This document shows positions 1 to 9,970 of a stretch of DNA of 64,000 nucleotides, piece by piece. Source of the DNA: Alphaproteobacteria bacterium (lineage in GTDB: Bacteria > Pseudomonadota > Alphaproteobacteria > SP197); NCBI GenBank assembly GCA_964291415.2, contig OZ219918.1:1216001-1280000 (forward strand), in the 5' to 3' direction. The translations under genes and the position numbers were made by a program. Under the pieces are notes generated by a model. That model saw only the letters and a program-made list of their open reading frames with translations, was not told the DNA's origin and searched no databases. Every line of letters starts with the position of its first letter. Position 1 is the stretch's first letter.

Positions 1-895
1 CGAAGGCGCTGTGAAAGCTGAACGTGGAGATCGCGTCCCCGTCTCCGCGCCGGCCCCCGGACGACGCGAGCGTCCCGTCTGAATCCCACTGCTTGAGGAT
101 CAGGACCTCGTCACGGGTGAGTGCCGTGTAGTAGGACCAGCGGTGGGTGTCGGCATGCTTGGCGAAGTAGTTCTCGCCGACGCGGTCGGCGTAGTGAATC
201 TCGAAGACGACCAGGTCCATCGGATTCACGCTGGTGGCGTCACACAGCGCAAGGGGATGGGTGGCGACCGGTTCCGGCCTCACGTTGCGCCATACGTTGA
301 TGATGGCATACCGACCGGAGTCGAGAGCACAGTCGACTTCGTCCCGGTCGAGCAGCGACGTGCCGGCGGCAAGCACCGTGGAAAGAGTGTCGTTCTCGCC
401 TGGTGGTCGTGTCAGGTCGCGAAGTCTTTGCGGTGCGCTGGCGAGGGTGTAGTCGCCGTGGACGACACTCGCCGGTCCCTGCACTTCCTGGCCACCCCTG
501 ATGCGGCTACGGCTGGACTTGCCGCCGGCCGAACGGACGTTGTGGTCGAAGGCGGCGGCGAACGATGCGCCGCTTGCCTCGCGCACGATGTCGGCACACT
601 CCGGATAGTAGCGGCGCACCACCTCGTCGTGACTGAGAAAATCGAGATCGGAACGCGCCAGCGGGCTTCGGGTCATGCAGAAACCGTTGCGCGTGAGCGT
701 CGGTCGTTGCGCGGCATCAAGCTGGCGAACGTCGCGGACCGGCATCGGGTACTCCTCGAGGTCGACGCCGACCCAGTGGTCGTCACTGCCGTCGCGGTCA
801 CGCCGGGTCAGAACCTTGCCATTGCGGTAGAGGGAGGGTTCTGCGGATGGGCCGAGATAGTTGAAGCGTCCTGTGCCTGGTGAAGATGTGATCAT
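1..895 (-). CDS. CmcJ/NvfI (AsaB-like) family oxidoreductase, 3' end runs off the window
   Basis: Not in the ORF track. Manual minus-strand translation from ATG at 895 gives motifs GF..., YYPECADIV, FDHNVRS, VHGDYT, YAIINVWRN, HPLALCDA, HRWSYY, FHSAF typical of this family. The frame is open to position 1. Confidence 0.8.
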   Translation of the reverse strand, partial: MITSSPGTGRFNYLGPSAEPSLYRNGKVLTRRDRDGSDDHWVGVDLEEYPMPVRDVRQLDAAQRPTLTRNGFCMTRSPLARSDLDFLSHDEVVRRYYPECADIVREASGASFAAAFDHNVRSAGGKSSRSRIRGGQEVQGPASVVHGDYTLASAPQRLRDLTRPPGENDTLSTVLAAGTSLLDRDEVDCALDSGRYAIINVWRNVRPEPVATHPLALCDATSVNPMDLVVFEIHYADRVGENYFAKHADTHRWSYYTALTRDEVLILKQWDSDGTLASSGGRRGDGDAISTFSFHSAF

Positions 896-975
896 GCGGT
901 TTCCGGCGAATGGCTTACCCTCGACCATTTTGCCACGATAGAATGGCCGGAACCATGATTGTGGAGAACAACACG

Positions 976-1620
976 ATGGAACTCTTTGCTGATCCGATCA
1001 CGGTGAACTGCCGCAAGGTGCTTGCTGGCCTGCAACTGCTTGGCGCCGACTACGAGCTCACCAAGGTGGATTACTTTGCCGGTGAGCAGGCGGGCGAGGC
1101 CTTTCGAAAGATCAATCCGAATGCAGCCCTGCCGGCCCTCAGGGATGGTGACCTTGTGCTCTGGGAGTCGAACGCCATCCTGCAGTACGCTGCCGAGAAG
1201 ACGGGTCGCGAGGACCGCTATCCCGTGGCGCCCGCAGACCGTGCGGATGTCAATCGCTGGTTGTTGTGGGAAGCCGCTTCGTGGTTTCCCTCCTGCTACA
1301 TCTACCTGGTCGAGAACTGCGTGAAGCCACTGCTCGGCGATACCACAGATCCTGCCGTGCTCGCCGGGGAGGCTGACAACTTCCACAAGCTTGCCGGCAT
1401 TCTCGATGATCGCCTGTCGGACAATCCATGGCTCACCGGCGATGCTGTCACAATCGCGGATATCGCGGTGGCAGCGCCGATGCATCTCCATGAATGGGCC
1501 CAGTTGCCGTTGGATGACCATCCCAACCTGGTTCGCTGGATGACCGAAAACGTCGAACAGCTCGAGTGCTGGAAGGCCACCCATGTGGGCGAGGGATTTG
1601 TCGCCGGCGCGGCGGCCTGA
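976..1620 (+). CDS. glutathione S-transferase family protein
   Basis: INPNAALPAL, LWESNAILQY and TIADIA GST motifs. ATG at 976 follows GGAG. Confidence 0.9.
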   Translation: MELFADPITVNCRKVLAGLQLLGADYELTKVDYFAGEQAGEAFRKINPNAALPALRDGDLVLWESNAILQYAAEKTGREDRYPVAPADRADVNRWLLWEAASWFPSCYIYLVENCVKPLLGDTTDPAVLAGEADNFHKLAGILDDRLSDNPWLTGDAVTIADIAVAAPMHLHEWAQLPLDDHPNLVRWMTENVEQLECWKATHVGEGFVAGAAA

Positions 1621-1638
1621 CTTCGCCGTGGGGTAGGG

Positions 1639-2532
1639 TCAGCGTCCAAGGACGAGGACAAGGATCCCGGCGACAATCGCCAGAATGCCGGCGAACTCCG
1701 CAATGCTGGTGCGTTCCCGGAAGATCACCAGCGAGGCGATGAAGGTGAACACCAGCTCCACCTGGCCCAGGGCGCGCACGTAGGCGGCATTCTCGATGGT
1801 CATGGCCGTGAACCAGCATGCCGATGCCAGCATGCCGGTCAGTCCGACGAGCCCGGAGACGCGCCAGCTGAGAAAGGCCTCGGAGAGGACCCGCCGCTGC
1901 CGTGCGATGAGCCACGCGGTCATGATCACGGTTTGCCAGGTGGTGACGAAGAGAAGCGTGAAGGCGGCCTGCATCAAGTAGCCGTCGCCACCCAGCGACA
2001 GCGACGCGGCACGCACCGACACCGCGGTCAGGGCAAAAAGCGCCCCGGACGCAAGCCCGATGGGAATGGCGCGGCCGGAGAACTCCCGAACGCCCGCGGC
2101 GGCGCGCGCCACGCTGAGGACCAGCACGCCGACAAGGCTGATGATGATTCCCGCCACGGCCCCGACGCTCAGTGGATCACCCAGAATGAGAAGGCCGATG
2201 ATGGCGGCCTGGACCGTTTCCGTCTTGGAATAGGCTGTGCCGGCGGCGAAGGTCCGCATCGAGAAGAGCGTCACGAGAAGGAGGGTGGCAAGGATCTGCG
2301 ACAGGCCGGCGACGCCGGCGAAGACCAGGAACGAACTGTCCGGGAGAGGGAGTGGGTCGTCGCCAAAGACGAGCAGAGTGGCAACCCAGACAAGGGCGAA
2401 GGGCACCGCGTAGACGAAGCGGACATAGGTGGCGCCGACGGTATCCAGTCTGCTGCGCAGATGCTTCTGCAGGGCCGAGCGGGCGTTCTGCAGGAATGCC
2501 GCGGCAACGGTGATCGGGATCCACAATTCCAT
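1639..2532 (-). CDS. DMT/EamA family transporter
   Basis: About 10 hydrophobic helices in a two-repeat EamA architecture (TAYSKTE, ALGQVELVF). Confidence 0.85.
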   Translation of the reverse strand: MELWIPITVAAAFLQNARSALQKHLRSRLDTVGATYVRFVYAVPFALVWVATLLVFGDDPLPLPDSSFLVFAGVAGLSQILATLLLVTLFSMRTFAAGTAYSKTETVQAAIIGLLILGDPLSVGAVAGIIISLVGVLVLSVARAAAGVREFSGRAIPIGLASGALFALTAVSVRAASLSLGGDGYLMQAAFTLLFVTTWQTVIMTAWLIARQRRVLSEAFLSWRVSGLVGLTGMLASACWFTAMTIENAAYVRALGQVELVFTFIASLVIFRERTSIAEFAGILAIVAGILVLVLGR

Positions 2533-2769
2533 CAGCGGTGATGCCTTGCCGCCCGCGCGCTGTGACGGAACGCGACGATTGGCGCACGCCGCGGCGCTTC
2601 CTTATCCACTGACTCGCGCCGTGATCAGCCAGGCCGGGGAATTCATGCCGACGGGAACGATGTCACATGGACAAGGCGGATGGTGCTGCTCACCGGACGT
2701 CGATTCATCGTCCGCCATCGAGCGGAGGCGATGCCTGCCAGGTCTTGTCATCCCACATGGTGTTCCGGC

Positions 2770-4485
2770 TCATGGTGGCGCCCACTCCTCGATCCGGTGC
2801 TCGGTGCGCAACATCTGCCGGCGGCCCTGAAGTCCTTCAAAGACCTTGTCGGCATCCATACTCCCGGATGGATCGAGCATCAGGGAGGCGCGGGCTTCGG
2901 CGAAGAACCGGTCGCTCGCCCGCTTCACATAGCCTTCCTGCCACCATGTACAGATCCGGTCCCGGGCGTCGTCGAGAGCGTCCGCCGACGGAAGCCGGGC
3001 GCGTTTCTGGTGCTGATTGACGCGCCTGTCGGTGGGCAGAAGGTTCCACAGGGCATCACACGGCCATGCCGCCCACGGCATGCAGTGATCGATGTTGAGC
3101 CGTTTCCTGTCCAGCTTGCGGCCTGTCCAGACGCAATGGAGGTGTCCCTCCTCGAAGAGCTCCCGGGAGACCCTGCGAGCGAATCCGACGTCGCGGTCGG
3201 GATCGGACCATCGCATGGCGTCCTCGACGCGGCGATGATCGAGTTCTCTTCCCTGTGTCGTCGCCCACTCCGTCATCAGCTTCATCCATTCAGCGATCAG
3301 TGCGGGCTCGATCCACGCGTCATGACGCATGAGGGAGTTCCACAGATGGACGGGAATGTGAAGGTCGCCGAACTGCGCCAGATACTCCCGATCGACGAGC
3401 ACGGAGCGAGGTGGCGCACCGGCTTTCGCCTGACGAGCCTCGAACACCTGTTCGTCGGAACCGGGGAGGGTCATGTAGTGGATCGGCATCCTGACGAGTG
3501 TGCCGACGGTGTCCCGAAGCGCCTGGTGAAGTCCGCGGGCGTGGGAGCCCGAGAAGCTCTGGCCGACACGCAGGTCGAAGGCCGGGAGATCGTTGATGGT
3601 CCGCCAGCCATCCTTGACAAATCCAAGATTGGTCAGGCCATCGTTGCCGGGGCGCTGCGGCAGTCCGGCCCCGATCAGCGCCTTGTAGAGTCTGAGCCAG
3701 TTGAGGGCGACGAGACCGAGAGGCACGGTCACGGTATCGTCATCCACATGGCGCGCCATGCCGGGAGCACTGTCGGCGGTACGCGCCACGGCACGGAGCA
3801 GGCCGAGCTTGTAGGTCGATGATTTCCTGTCGTTGAGGATGATGTGGCGGAGCAGGGGCAGGGCGCCGGTACCGTCATCGGGGAGTTGCAGGGCCACCTG
3901 CTCCCAGCGAACGCCGGGACGGCCGAAACTGTCCGGTGTGGTGCTTCCGGGAAGTGCCATGGCGCCGTGCCGACGGGCGAGAGATTCAACTTCGGCTGCG
4001 CTGGAGGGATACATGCCGTCATCAGAGTCGTTGCCGCCGACACGCAGCGAGAAAATGATGAGGCCGCCGGGCTTGAGGAGGCCGATGAGCTTGCGAAAGG
4101 CACGCTGCCGATCATCCGGATGAACGTGCATCCACACGGCGTTGAGCAGAATGATGTCGTAGCTCAGTCCTCGTCGCACGACGTGATCAAGCGATGGCAG
4201 GCAATCTTGGGTCCAGGAGACTCGTGCAGTCGGGTGTCGTCGGTGCGCCTCCTCGAGCATCGTCGCCGAAGGGTCGGCGGCTACGACTTCGTAGCCCTTT
4301 GCGGCGAACCATGCGGCGTCACGGCCCGATCCGGCGCCGACGTCGAGCACGGCGGCCGGTGGCGGCGGCAGGTGATCGGCGAACCAGGCGTGAAGCGCAT
4401 TGGGGTCAATCGACTCATAGCGCTCGGCAAGGGCACGCCCCGCAGCGTCCTCGTAGCGCGTCAGTTGTCCGGGCGTCCCTGTCAT
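2770..4485 (-). CDS. class I SAM-dependent methyltransferase fused to a C-terminal HNH endonuclease domain
   Basis: N-terminal VLDVGAGSGRDA SAM-binding motif. Central KSSTYKLGLLRAV segment. C-terminal CVWTG...IDHCMPW...LWNLLPTDRRVNQHQK HNH motif. Confidence 0.8.
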   Translation of the reverse strand: MTGTPGQLTRYEDAAGRALAERYESIDPNALHAWFADHLPPPPAAVLDVGAGSGRDAAWFAAKGYEVVAADPSATMLEEAHRRHPTARVSWTQDCLPSLDHVVRRGLSYDIILLNAVWMHVHPDDRQRAFRKLIGLLKPGGLIIFSLRVGGNDSDDGMYPSSAAEVESLARRHGAMALPGSTTPDSFGRPGVRWEQVALQLPDDGTGALPLLRHIILNDRKSSTYKLGLLRAVARTADSAPGMARHVDDDTVTVPLGLVALNWLRLYKALIGAGLPQRPGNDGLTNLGFVKDGWRTINDLPAFDLRVGQSFSGSHARGLHQALRDTVGTLVRMPIHYMTLPGSDEQVFEARQAKAGAPPRSVLVDREYLAQFGDLHIPVHLWNSLMRHDAWIEPALIAEWMKLMTEWATTQGRELDHRRVEDAMRWSDPDRDVGFARRVSRELFEEGHLHCVWTGRKLDRKRLNIDHCMPWAAWPCDALWNLLPTDRRVNQHQKRARLPSADALDDARDRICTWWQEGYVKRASDRFFAEARASLMLDPSGSMDADKVFEGLQGRRQMLRTEHRIEEWAPP

Positions 4486-4589
4486 CGGGAAAGAATAGAC
4501 CCGTCAGTTCTCTGGAAGAAGGTTGACGGTGGGGGATGTTCCGCTGGCCCGTGGAAGCTATTGTGAGTTGAGGGAACCGGAGAGTCGTC

Positions 4590-5726
4590 ATGGACCGCGA
4601 GATGATCAGTTTTGCCAGCGGCAACGCCAATCCGGAGACTTTTCCGGCCGCGGAGCTTGCTGAAGCCGCCGCCGAGGTGATGCGCACCATGGCGGTGGAT
4701 CTCACCACCTACCCTGGAAGTCTCGGTCATGAAGGGCTGCGCCAGCTGATGGCCAGGCGCGAAATGGACCGTGAGGGGATCACGGTCGATCCCGAACACG
4801 TGCTGATCACCAACGGGTCCATGCAGGCCGTCACCCTGGCGGTGGAGACACTGTGCACCGGCGTGGACGACGTCGTTGTCATGGAGGAACTCAGCTACTC
4901 GGGGAGTATCGTCGCCTTTGGTTCCATGGGCATCGAGATGGTTGGGGTTCCGGTCGATGGTGACGGCATGGTGATGGAGGCCCTTGAGGAGACTCTGGAG
5001 ACACTGTCACGCCAGGGACGCCCACCCCGCTGCATCTATACCCTTGCCACCTACCAGAATCCGACCGGCACGGTGATGCCGCGGTCCCGCCGCCTGGAGA
5101 TGATTGCCATCGCCGGGCGTCATGGCGTTCCGATTGTCGAGGACAACTGTTACGCAGATGTTCACTTCGATGGTGACGTCGCTCCGGCGCTCTACGCGCT
5201 CGATCCGTCCCCCTCGATGATCTACCTGTGTTCGCTTTCCAAGATCTTCGCTCCCGGCGTGCGACTCGGCTACATGGTGGCGCGGCCACCCATGCTCGAT
5301 CGGGTGCTGGCGAAACGTCATGACGCGGGACCCAACACCCTGGCGTCGGCCATCACCCATGCGTACCTGAAGGATTGCCTGTGGGACCATGTCGCCATGG
5401 CCAACCGGGCGCTGAAGATCAAGCGCGACACCATGATGAGCGCCCTCAGGCGGGAACTGGGCAACGCGTGTTCCGTTGTCCAGCCCCCCGGTGGGCTCTT
5501 CATCTGGGTCCAGCTGTCCGACGATGTCGATCCCGCCCGGCTGGTCGACGCGGCCCTTGAGGAGGGTGTGGAGGTTGTCGACGGTTCGGAGTTCCATGTG
5601 AGGAACGACGCCGGCGCGGTCATCCGCCTCGCCTTCGGTTTCCCGACGGTCGCAGAAATCGATGAGGGTATTCGCCGTCTCGGCGTCAGCCTGCGCAAGA
5701 TTCGCGGTGATTCACCTGAACCATGA
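4590..5726 (+). CDS. PLP-dependent aminotransferase class I/II (LysN/MocR-like, no HTH)
   Basis: ITNGSMQA, YQNPTG, IVEDNCY and SLSKIFAPGVRLGY (PLP lysine). Confidence 0.9.
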   Translation: MDREMISFASGNANPETFPAAELAEAAAEVMRTMAVDLTTYPGSLGHEGLRQLMARREMDREGITVDPEHVLITNGSMQAVTLAVETLCTGVDDVVVMEELSYSGSIVAFGSMGIEMVGVPVDGDGMVMEALEETLETLSRQGRPPRCIYTLATYQNPTGTVMPRSRRLEMIAIAGRHGVPIVEDNCYADVHFDGDVAPALYALDPSPSMIYLCSLSKIFAPGVRLGYMVARPPMLDRVLAKRHDAGPNTLASAITHAYLKDCLWDHVAMANRALKIKRDTMMSALRRELGNACSVVQPPGGLFIWVQLSDDVDPARLVDAALEEGVEVVDGSEFHVRNDAGAVIRLAFGFPTVAEIDEGIRRLGVSLRKIRGDSPEP

Positions 5727-6910
5727 GGACTCCCTTTGCGCGGGAAGAGTACGAGGAACGCTGGCGCCGTGTGCATGACGACATGCGTCGGCGCGGCCAC
5801 GCCGCGGCCCTTGTAATCGGCCGCGGCGGGGGTTCCTACGACCGCTGCGGCGATGTTCTCTACCTTGCCAATCACTATTCGCCGGCATCGGGTCACGAAG
5901 TCGACAATCCACTCAACACGGCACGCTCGTTCTCGGCCGTCCTGCTCGAGGAAGGCCGCGAACCGCAACTCCTGATCGACGATCCGGAGCCGCGCCGTGA
6001 TCGTCTGGCCACGGGACATGTCAGCGGTCACAACGATCCCATGTCCGCCGCCGGCCGGGCGCTGGCGGAACGCGCCATTGATGGCACCGTCGCCCTGGTG
6101 GGGGCCGACTTCCTGCCCCTCAAGTACTGGCGGCTCATCCGGTCTGCCGCCGGGGATGTCGCCTGGACCGAAGATGACACCCTCATCCAGCGTGTCCGCC
6201 GCATCAAGAGTCCGGCCGAGATGGAGGTCTTTCGCGAGGCCGGCGAGATCGCGACACGGTCCCTCGACCTTCTCATGGCAGGTCTCGTGGGTGGCATGTC
6301 CGAAGCAGAAGCCGTGGGCGAAGCGATCCGCGAACTGCGCCGGTCTGGTGCGGTATCGCAGATGATTCCGGTGGCCCACGGACGGCACATCAGCCGCTGG
6401 ACGTCGGATCCTTTGACCGGTGCCAGCCGTGCCGTGCCGTGCCCGGGCGATCTGGTCAGGGGCTGGCTCGACAGCATCATCTACCAGGGATACTGGCTCG
6501 ATCCCGGCCGCACCGCGGTCGCCGGCGGCAGGCCGACAGCCCGGCAGCGGACCCTCATCGAGAACTGCGTGACGGTCGTCGACGCGTTGATCGAGGCCAT
6601 CCGCCCGGGTGTCCTGGTTCACGATGTGGCGCGTCTGGGAGATCAATTGACCGCCTGCCATCGGCAGGGCGCCAGCCAGATGAGCGCCCAGTGGCCGCTC
6701 TATGGGCACGGCACCGGTCTCTACTGGGAGCACCCCTACATCGGTCTCAGGATGTGTGAAGCGCACGAACGCTTCGAAGCCGGCATGGTTCTCGGCGTCG
6801 AGGTCTTTCTTGACAGCGAGGAGACCGGTACCGCCGCGCACGAACAGAATCTCATTGTCCACGACGACGCAAACGAAATTCTCACACACTCTCCCGAGTA
6901 CTGGTGGTAG
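5723..6910 (+). CDS. M24 (Xaa-Pro peptidase/creatinase-like) family hydrolase
   Basis: Creatinase-type N-terminus (EEYEERWRRV), RRIKSPAE, GYWLDPGRT, GHGTGL. ATGA overlap with the upstream gene. Confidence 0.85.
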   Translation: MRTPFAREEYEERWRRVHDDMRRRGHAAALVIGRGGGSYDRCGDVLYLANHYSPASGHEVDNPLNTARSFSAVLLEEGREPQLLIDDPEPRRDRLATGHVSGHNDPMSAAGRALAERAIDGTVALVGADFLPLKYWRLIRSAAGDVAWTEDDTLIQRVRRIKSPAEMEVFREAGEIATRSLDLLMAGLVGGMSEAEAVGEAIRELRRSGAVSQMIPVAHGRHISRWTSDPLTGASRAVPCPGDLVRGWLDSIIYQGYWLDPGRTAVAGGRPTARQRTLIENCVTVVDALIEAIRPGVLVHDVARLGDQLTACHRQGASQMSAQWPLYGHGTGLYWEHPYIGLRMCEAHERFEAGMVLGVEVFLDSEETGTAAHEQNLIVHDDANEILTHSPEYWW

Positions 6911-7105
6911 GTACCGGCAATCCGGGCCACCTCCTGTGGAGGACTTGTCAGCGGCGCGTTGACAGCAATCCGGCAAAAAAATACCGTCATTCACGAGATT
7001 GTCCGGACCGCGCGTGACAGGCTTCACGCTGGCAATTCGGACGGGGGTTTCGTGCGTCAGGCGGCCTGACAATTCATGTGGCTGCCGGCGTCATGGGAGG
7101 AATTC

Positions 7106-8491
7106 ATGAACCTGACTATTGATCTTGCCGTCCGTCGAATGGGACAGGGCCTCTTCTGGGCAGCCGTTCTTCTGATAGCCTTGCCGGGCGAGGCGGCGGC
7201 GGCGGTGCCTGACGAATCTCAATTCGTCTTCAACACTTTCTCCTTCCTGGTGTGGGGCGCCCTGGTCATGTGGATGTGCGCCGGCTTCACGATGCTGGAG
7301 TCGGGTTCGGTGCGCACAAAGAACGCTTCGGTCATCTGCCTCAAGAACATCGGCCTCTATTCCATCGCCGGGCTCGCCTTCTACTTCATCGGCTACAACC
7401 TCATGTACGTCGATGTCTCCGGATGGATCGGCACCGTCACGTTCCTCTACGGCCCGTCAGCCGATGAGCTGGCCCTGCTCGACGGGGATGAGGAAGTGGC
7501 CGGAGCGGTTGTATCCAATGGCTACTCGGTGATGTCAGACTGGTTTTTCCAGATGGTCTTCGTGGCCACCGCTGCCTCGATCGTTTCCGGTGCCCTCGCC
7601 GAACGTGTCAAGCTGTGGTCCTTCTTCGCCTTCATCACCGTGCTGACCGCCATCATCTACCCCATCGTCGGCGCCTGGACCTGGGGTGGCGGCTGGCTCG
7701 CCGAGAGGGGTTTCCAGGACTTTGCCGGGTCGACCATCGTTCATTCGACCGGTGGCTGGGCAGCCCTTGCCGGCGCCATCGTGGTGGGTGCGCGCCGCGG
7801 CAAGTTCCGGGCTGATGGCAGCGTCAAGCCCACCCCGCCGTCGAATGTTCCGGTGGTGACGCTGGGTGTCTTCATCCTCTGGCTGGGCTGGTTCGGCTTC
7901 AACGGGGGTTCACAACTCGCTCTTGGAGGCGCGGTCGATGCGGTCGCCATGAGCAACGTTCTCGTCAACACGAATCTCGCCGCTGCAGCAGGCGTCATGG
8001 CGGCGATCAGCACCGCCCGACCGATTTTCGGCCGCGTTGATCTGCTGGCGGGACTCAATGGCGCCATTGCCGGTCTTGTCGCCATCACGGCCGGTCCGGA
8101 TCTGGTCGATCACTACTGGGCGATCATCATCGGCGCCGTGGGTGGCATCGTCTGTACCCTCGGCATGAAGGTCATGGAAATGCTGAAGCTCGACGACGTT
8201 GTCGGTGCGGTTCCGGCCCACCTCGTCGCCGGAGTATGGGGCACCCTGGCTGTCTGCATCACGGCTGGCGGCAACTTCGGGGTCCAGCTCTTGGGCGTGC
8301 TCGCCATCGGCGCTTTCGTCTTTGCCGTGTCGCTCGCCCTGTGGTTCCTGCTCCAGAAGACGGTTGGCGTGCGTGTCTCCGACACTGTGGAGGAGATTGG
8401 CCAGGATTCCGCGGAGCTTGGCATCGAGGCCTATCCGGAGTTCGTGGTCATGCCCGATGCGGACGACATCGAGGAACTGAAGCGGCCCTGA
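7106..8491 (+). CDS. amtB: ammonium transporter
   Basis: FFQMVF, DFAGSTIVHSTGGW, LWLGWFGFNGGS and DDVVGAVPAH. GGAGG RBS before ATG 7106. Confidence 0.95.
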   Translation: MNLTIDLAVRRMGQGLFWAAVLLIALPGEAAAAVPDESQFVFNTFSFLVWGALVMWMCAGFTMLESGSVRTKNASVICLKNIGLYSIAGLAFYFIGYNLMYVDVSGWIGTVTFLYGPSADELALLDGDEEVAGAVVSNGYSVMSDWFFQMVFVATAASIVSGALAERVKLWSFFAFITVLTAIIYPIVGAWTWGGGWLAERGFQDFAGSTIVHSTGGWAALAGAIVVGARRGKFRADGSVKPTPPSNVPVVTLGVFILWLGWFGFNGGSQLALGGAVDAVAMSNVLVNTNLAAAAGVMAAISTARPIFGRVDLLAGLNGAIAGLVAITAGPDLVDHYWAIIIGAVGGIVCTLGMKVMEMLKLDDVVGAVPAHLVAGVWGTLAVCITAGGNFGVQLLGVLAIGAFVFAVSLALWFLLQKTVGVRVSDTVEEIGQDSAELGIEAYPEFVVMPDADDIEELKRP

Positions 8492-8515
8492 TCGGCACGA
8501 ACCGACCTGCCCTTC

Positions 8516-9919
8516 ATGGGTCACTGGTGGCACAGGAGCGCCGCTGAGACGGCGGCGGCGATCAGCCGCCGGGAGGTGAGTGCTCTCGAGGTGGTGGAGG
8601 GCCACCTCTCCCGAATGGACGAGGTCAACGCGCATGTGAATGCCGTTACCGTGCGCATGGATGAAGAGGCGCGTCGTGCTGCACGTGCAGCCGATGACGT
8701 CGTGGCCGCAGGCGCTCCTGTCGGACCGCTGCACGGAGTTCCTGTCACCATCAAGGAGAATGTCGACGTGGCCGGGCAGGCGACCACCAACGGCATTCCC
8801 GCCTTCGCGGATCTTGTGGCCAGCGAGGATTCCCCAGTCGTCGCCCATCTCAGGAAGGCCGGCGCCATCATCATCGGCCGCACCAACACGCCGGAGTTCA
8901 GTTTCCGGTGGTTCACAGACAATCCTCTGCGTGGCGCCACACTCAACCCCTGGGACCGTGACGTCACGCCCGGTGGTTCCGGAGGCGGCGGCAGCGCGTC
9001 CCTGGCCGTGGGCATCGGCTGCATTGCCCATGGAAACGACGTTGGCGGTTCTCTGCGCTATCCCGCCTTTGCCTGCGGCGTGGCGACCGTTCGCCCGACG
9101 CTCGGGCGTGTTCCGGCATTCAATCCATCGGCGGCTGCCGAACGCCCGCCAATGTTCCAGCTGATGTCGGTTCAGGGGCCGATGGCACGCGAGGTGAGGG
9201 ATGTACGCCTTGCTCTCGAGGTGATGGCGGCACGTGATCCCCGGGATCCGTGGTGGGTGCCGGCACCGATTGCGCCTCCGCCTCCCGACCGCAAGCCAAG
9301 GGTTGCCGTCACCTCCGACCCTGGCGGCCTCGGAGTCCACCCGAGTCAACGAGATGCGGTGACGGCGGCCGCTGATGCTCTCGCGTCAGCCGGATACGAT
9401 GTTGTCGAGGCCGAACCCCCGCGGATTGGCGATGCCATGCGGTGCTGGGAACGCCAGATTGCCACCGAAATGACGTTCTACCTGGAGCGCGACATGCGTC
9501 GCCTTGGCGGCCATGCGATCAACCGCAAGCTCGACTTCATCAGGACCAACGTGCCGACACTCGACCTCGAATCCTATCTCGCGGTCCTGTGCGAACGACA
9601 GACCCTGTTGCGTGAATGGCTCCTCTTCCTCGAGGACTATCCCCTGGTTCTTGGTCCGGTGTCCACGGAGCCGCAGTTTCCGGTGGACGATGATCTTGTG
9701 AGCGCCGCACGGCTCGGCGAGATTTTTGTTGCCAACCGGCTGCTGACGACTGTCAATTTTCTCGGTTTGCCGGCAGCCGCCGTGCCGGTGGGACTGGCCG
9801 GAGACCTGCCTCTCGGGGTGCAGATCATTGGCAACCGGTACCGCGAGGACATGACACTCGATGCCGCCGAAGCCATCGAGGACGTGACGGGGGTGCTCAC
9901 GCCGATCGACCCGCGCTGA
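8516..9919 (+). CDS. amidase signature family enzyme
   Basis: GPLHGVPVTIKE, GRTNTPEF, TPGGSGGG and GNDVGGSLRYPA. Confidence 0.92.
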   Translation: MGHWWHRSAAETAAAISRREVSALEVVEGHLSRMDEVNAHVNAVTVRMDEEARRAARAADDVVAAGAPVGPLHGVPVTIKENVDVAGQATTNGIPAFADLVASEDSPVVAHLRKAGAIIIGRTNTPEFSFRWFTDNPLRGATLNPWDRDVTPGGSGGGGSASLAVGIGCIAHGNDVGGSLRYPAFACGVATVRPTLGRVPAFNPSAAAERPPMFQLMSVQGPMAREVRDVRLALEVMAARDPRDPWWVPAPIAPPPPDRKPRVAVTSDPGGLGVHPSQRDAVTAAADALASAGYDVVEAEPPRIGDAMRCWERQIATEMTFYLERDMRRLGGHAINRKLDFIRTNVPTLDLESYLAVLCERQTLLREWLLFLEDYPLVLGPVSTEPQFPVDDDLVSAARLGEIFVANRLLTTVNFLGLPAAAVPVGLAGDLPLGVQIIGNRYREDMTLDAAEAIEDVTGVLTPIDPR

Positions 9920-9970
9920 ATCGTCACGGCCGCCGTGACGTTGCGACCGCGCATCGGGCATGATGGCGCC

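Noticed and set aside
143-883. 246-aa plus-strand ORF
   Set aside because: Antisense shadow of the minus-strand CmcJ/NvfI-like gene, which has recognisable motifs.
6960-7100. Sigma54/NtrC promoter upstream of amtB
   Set aside because: TGGCA is present but no TTGC at the -12 spacing.
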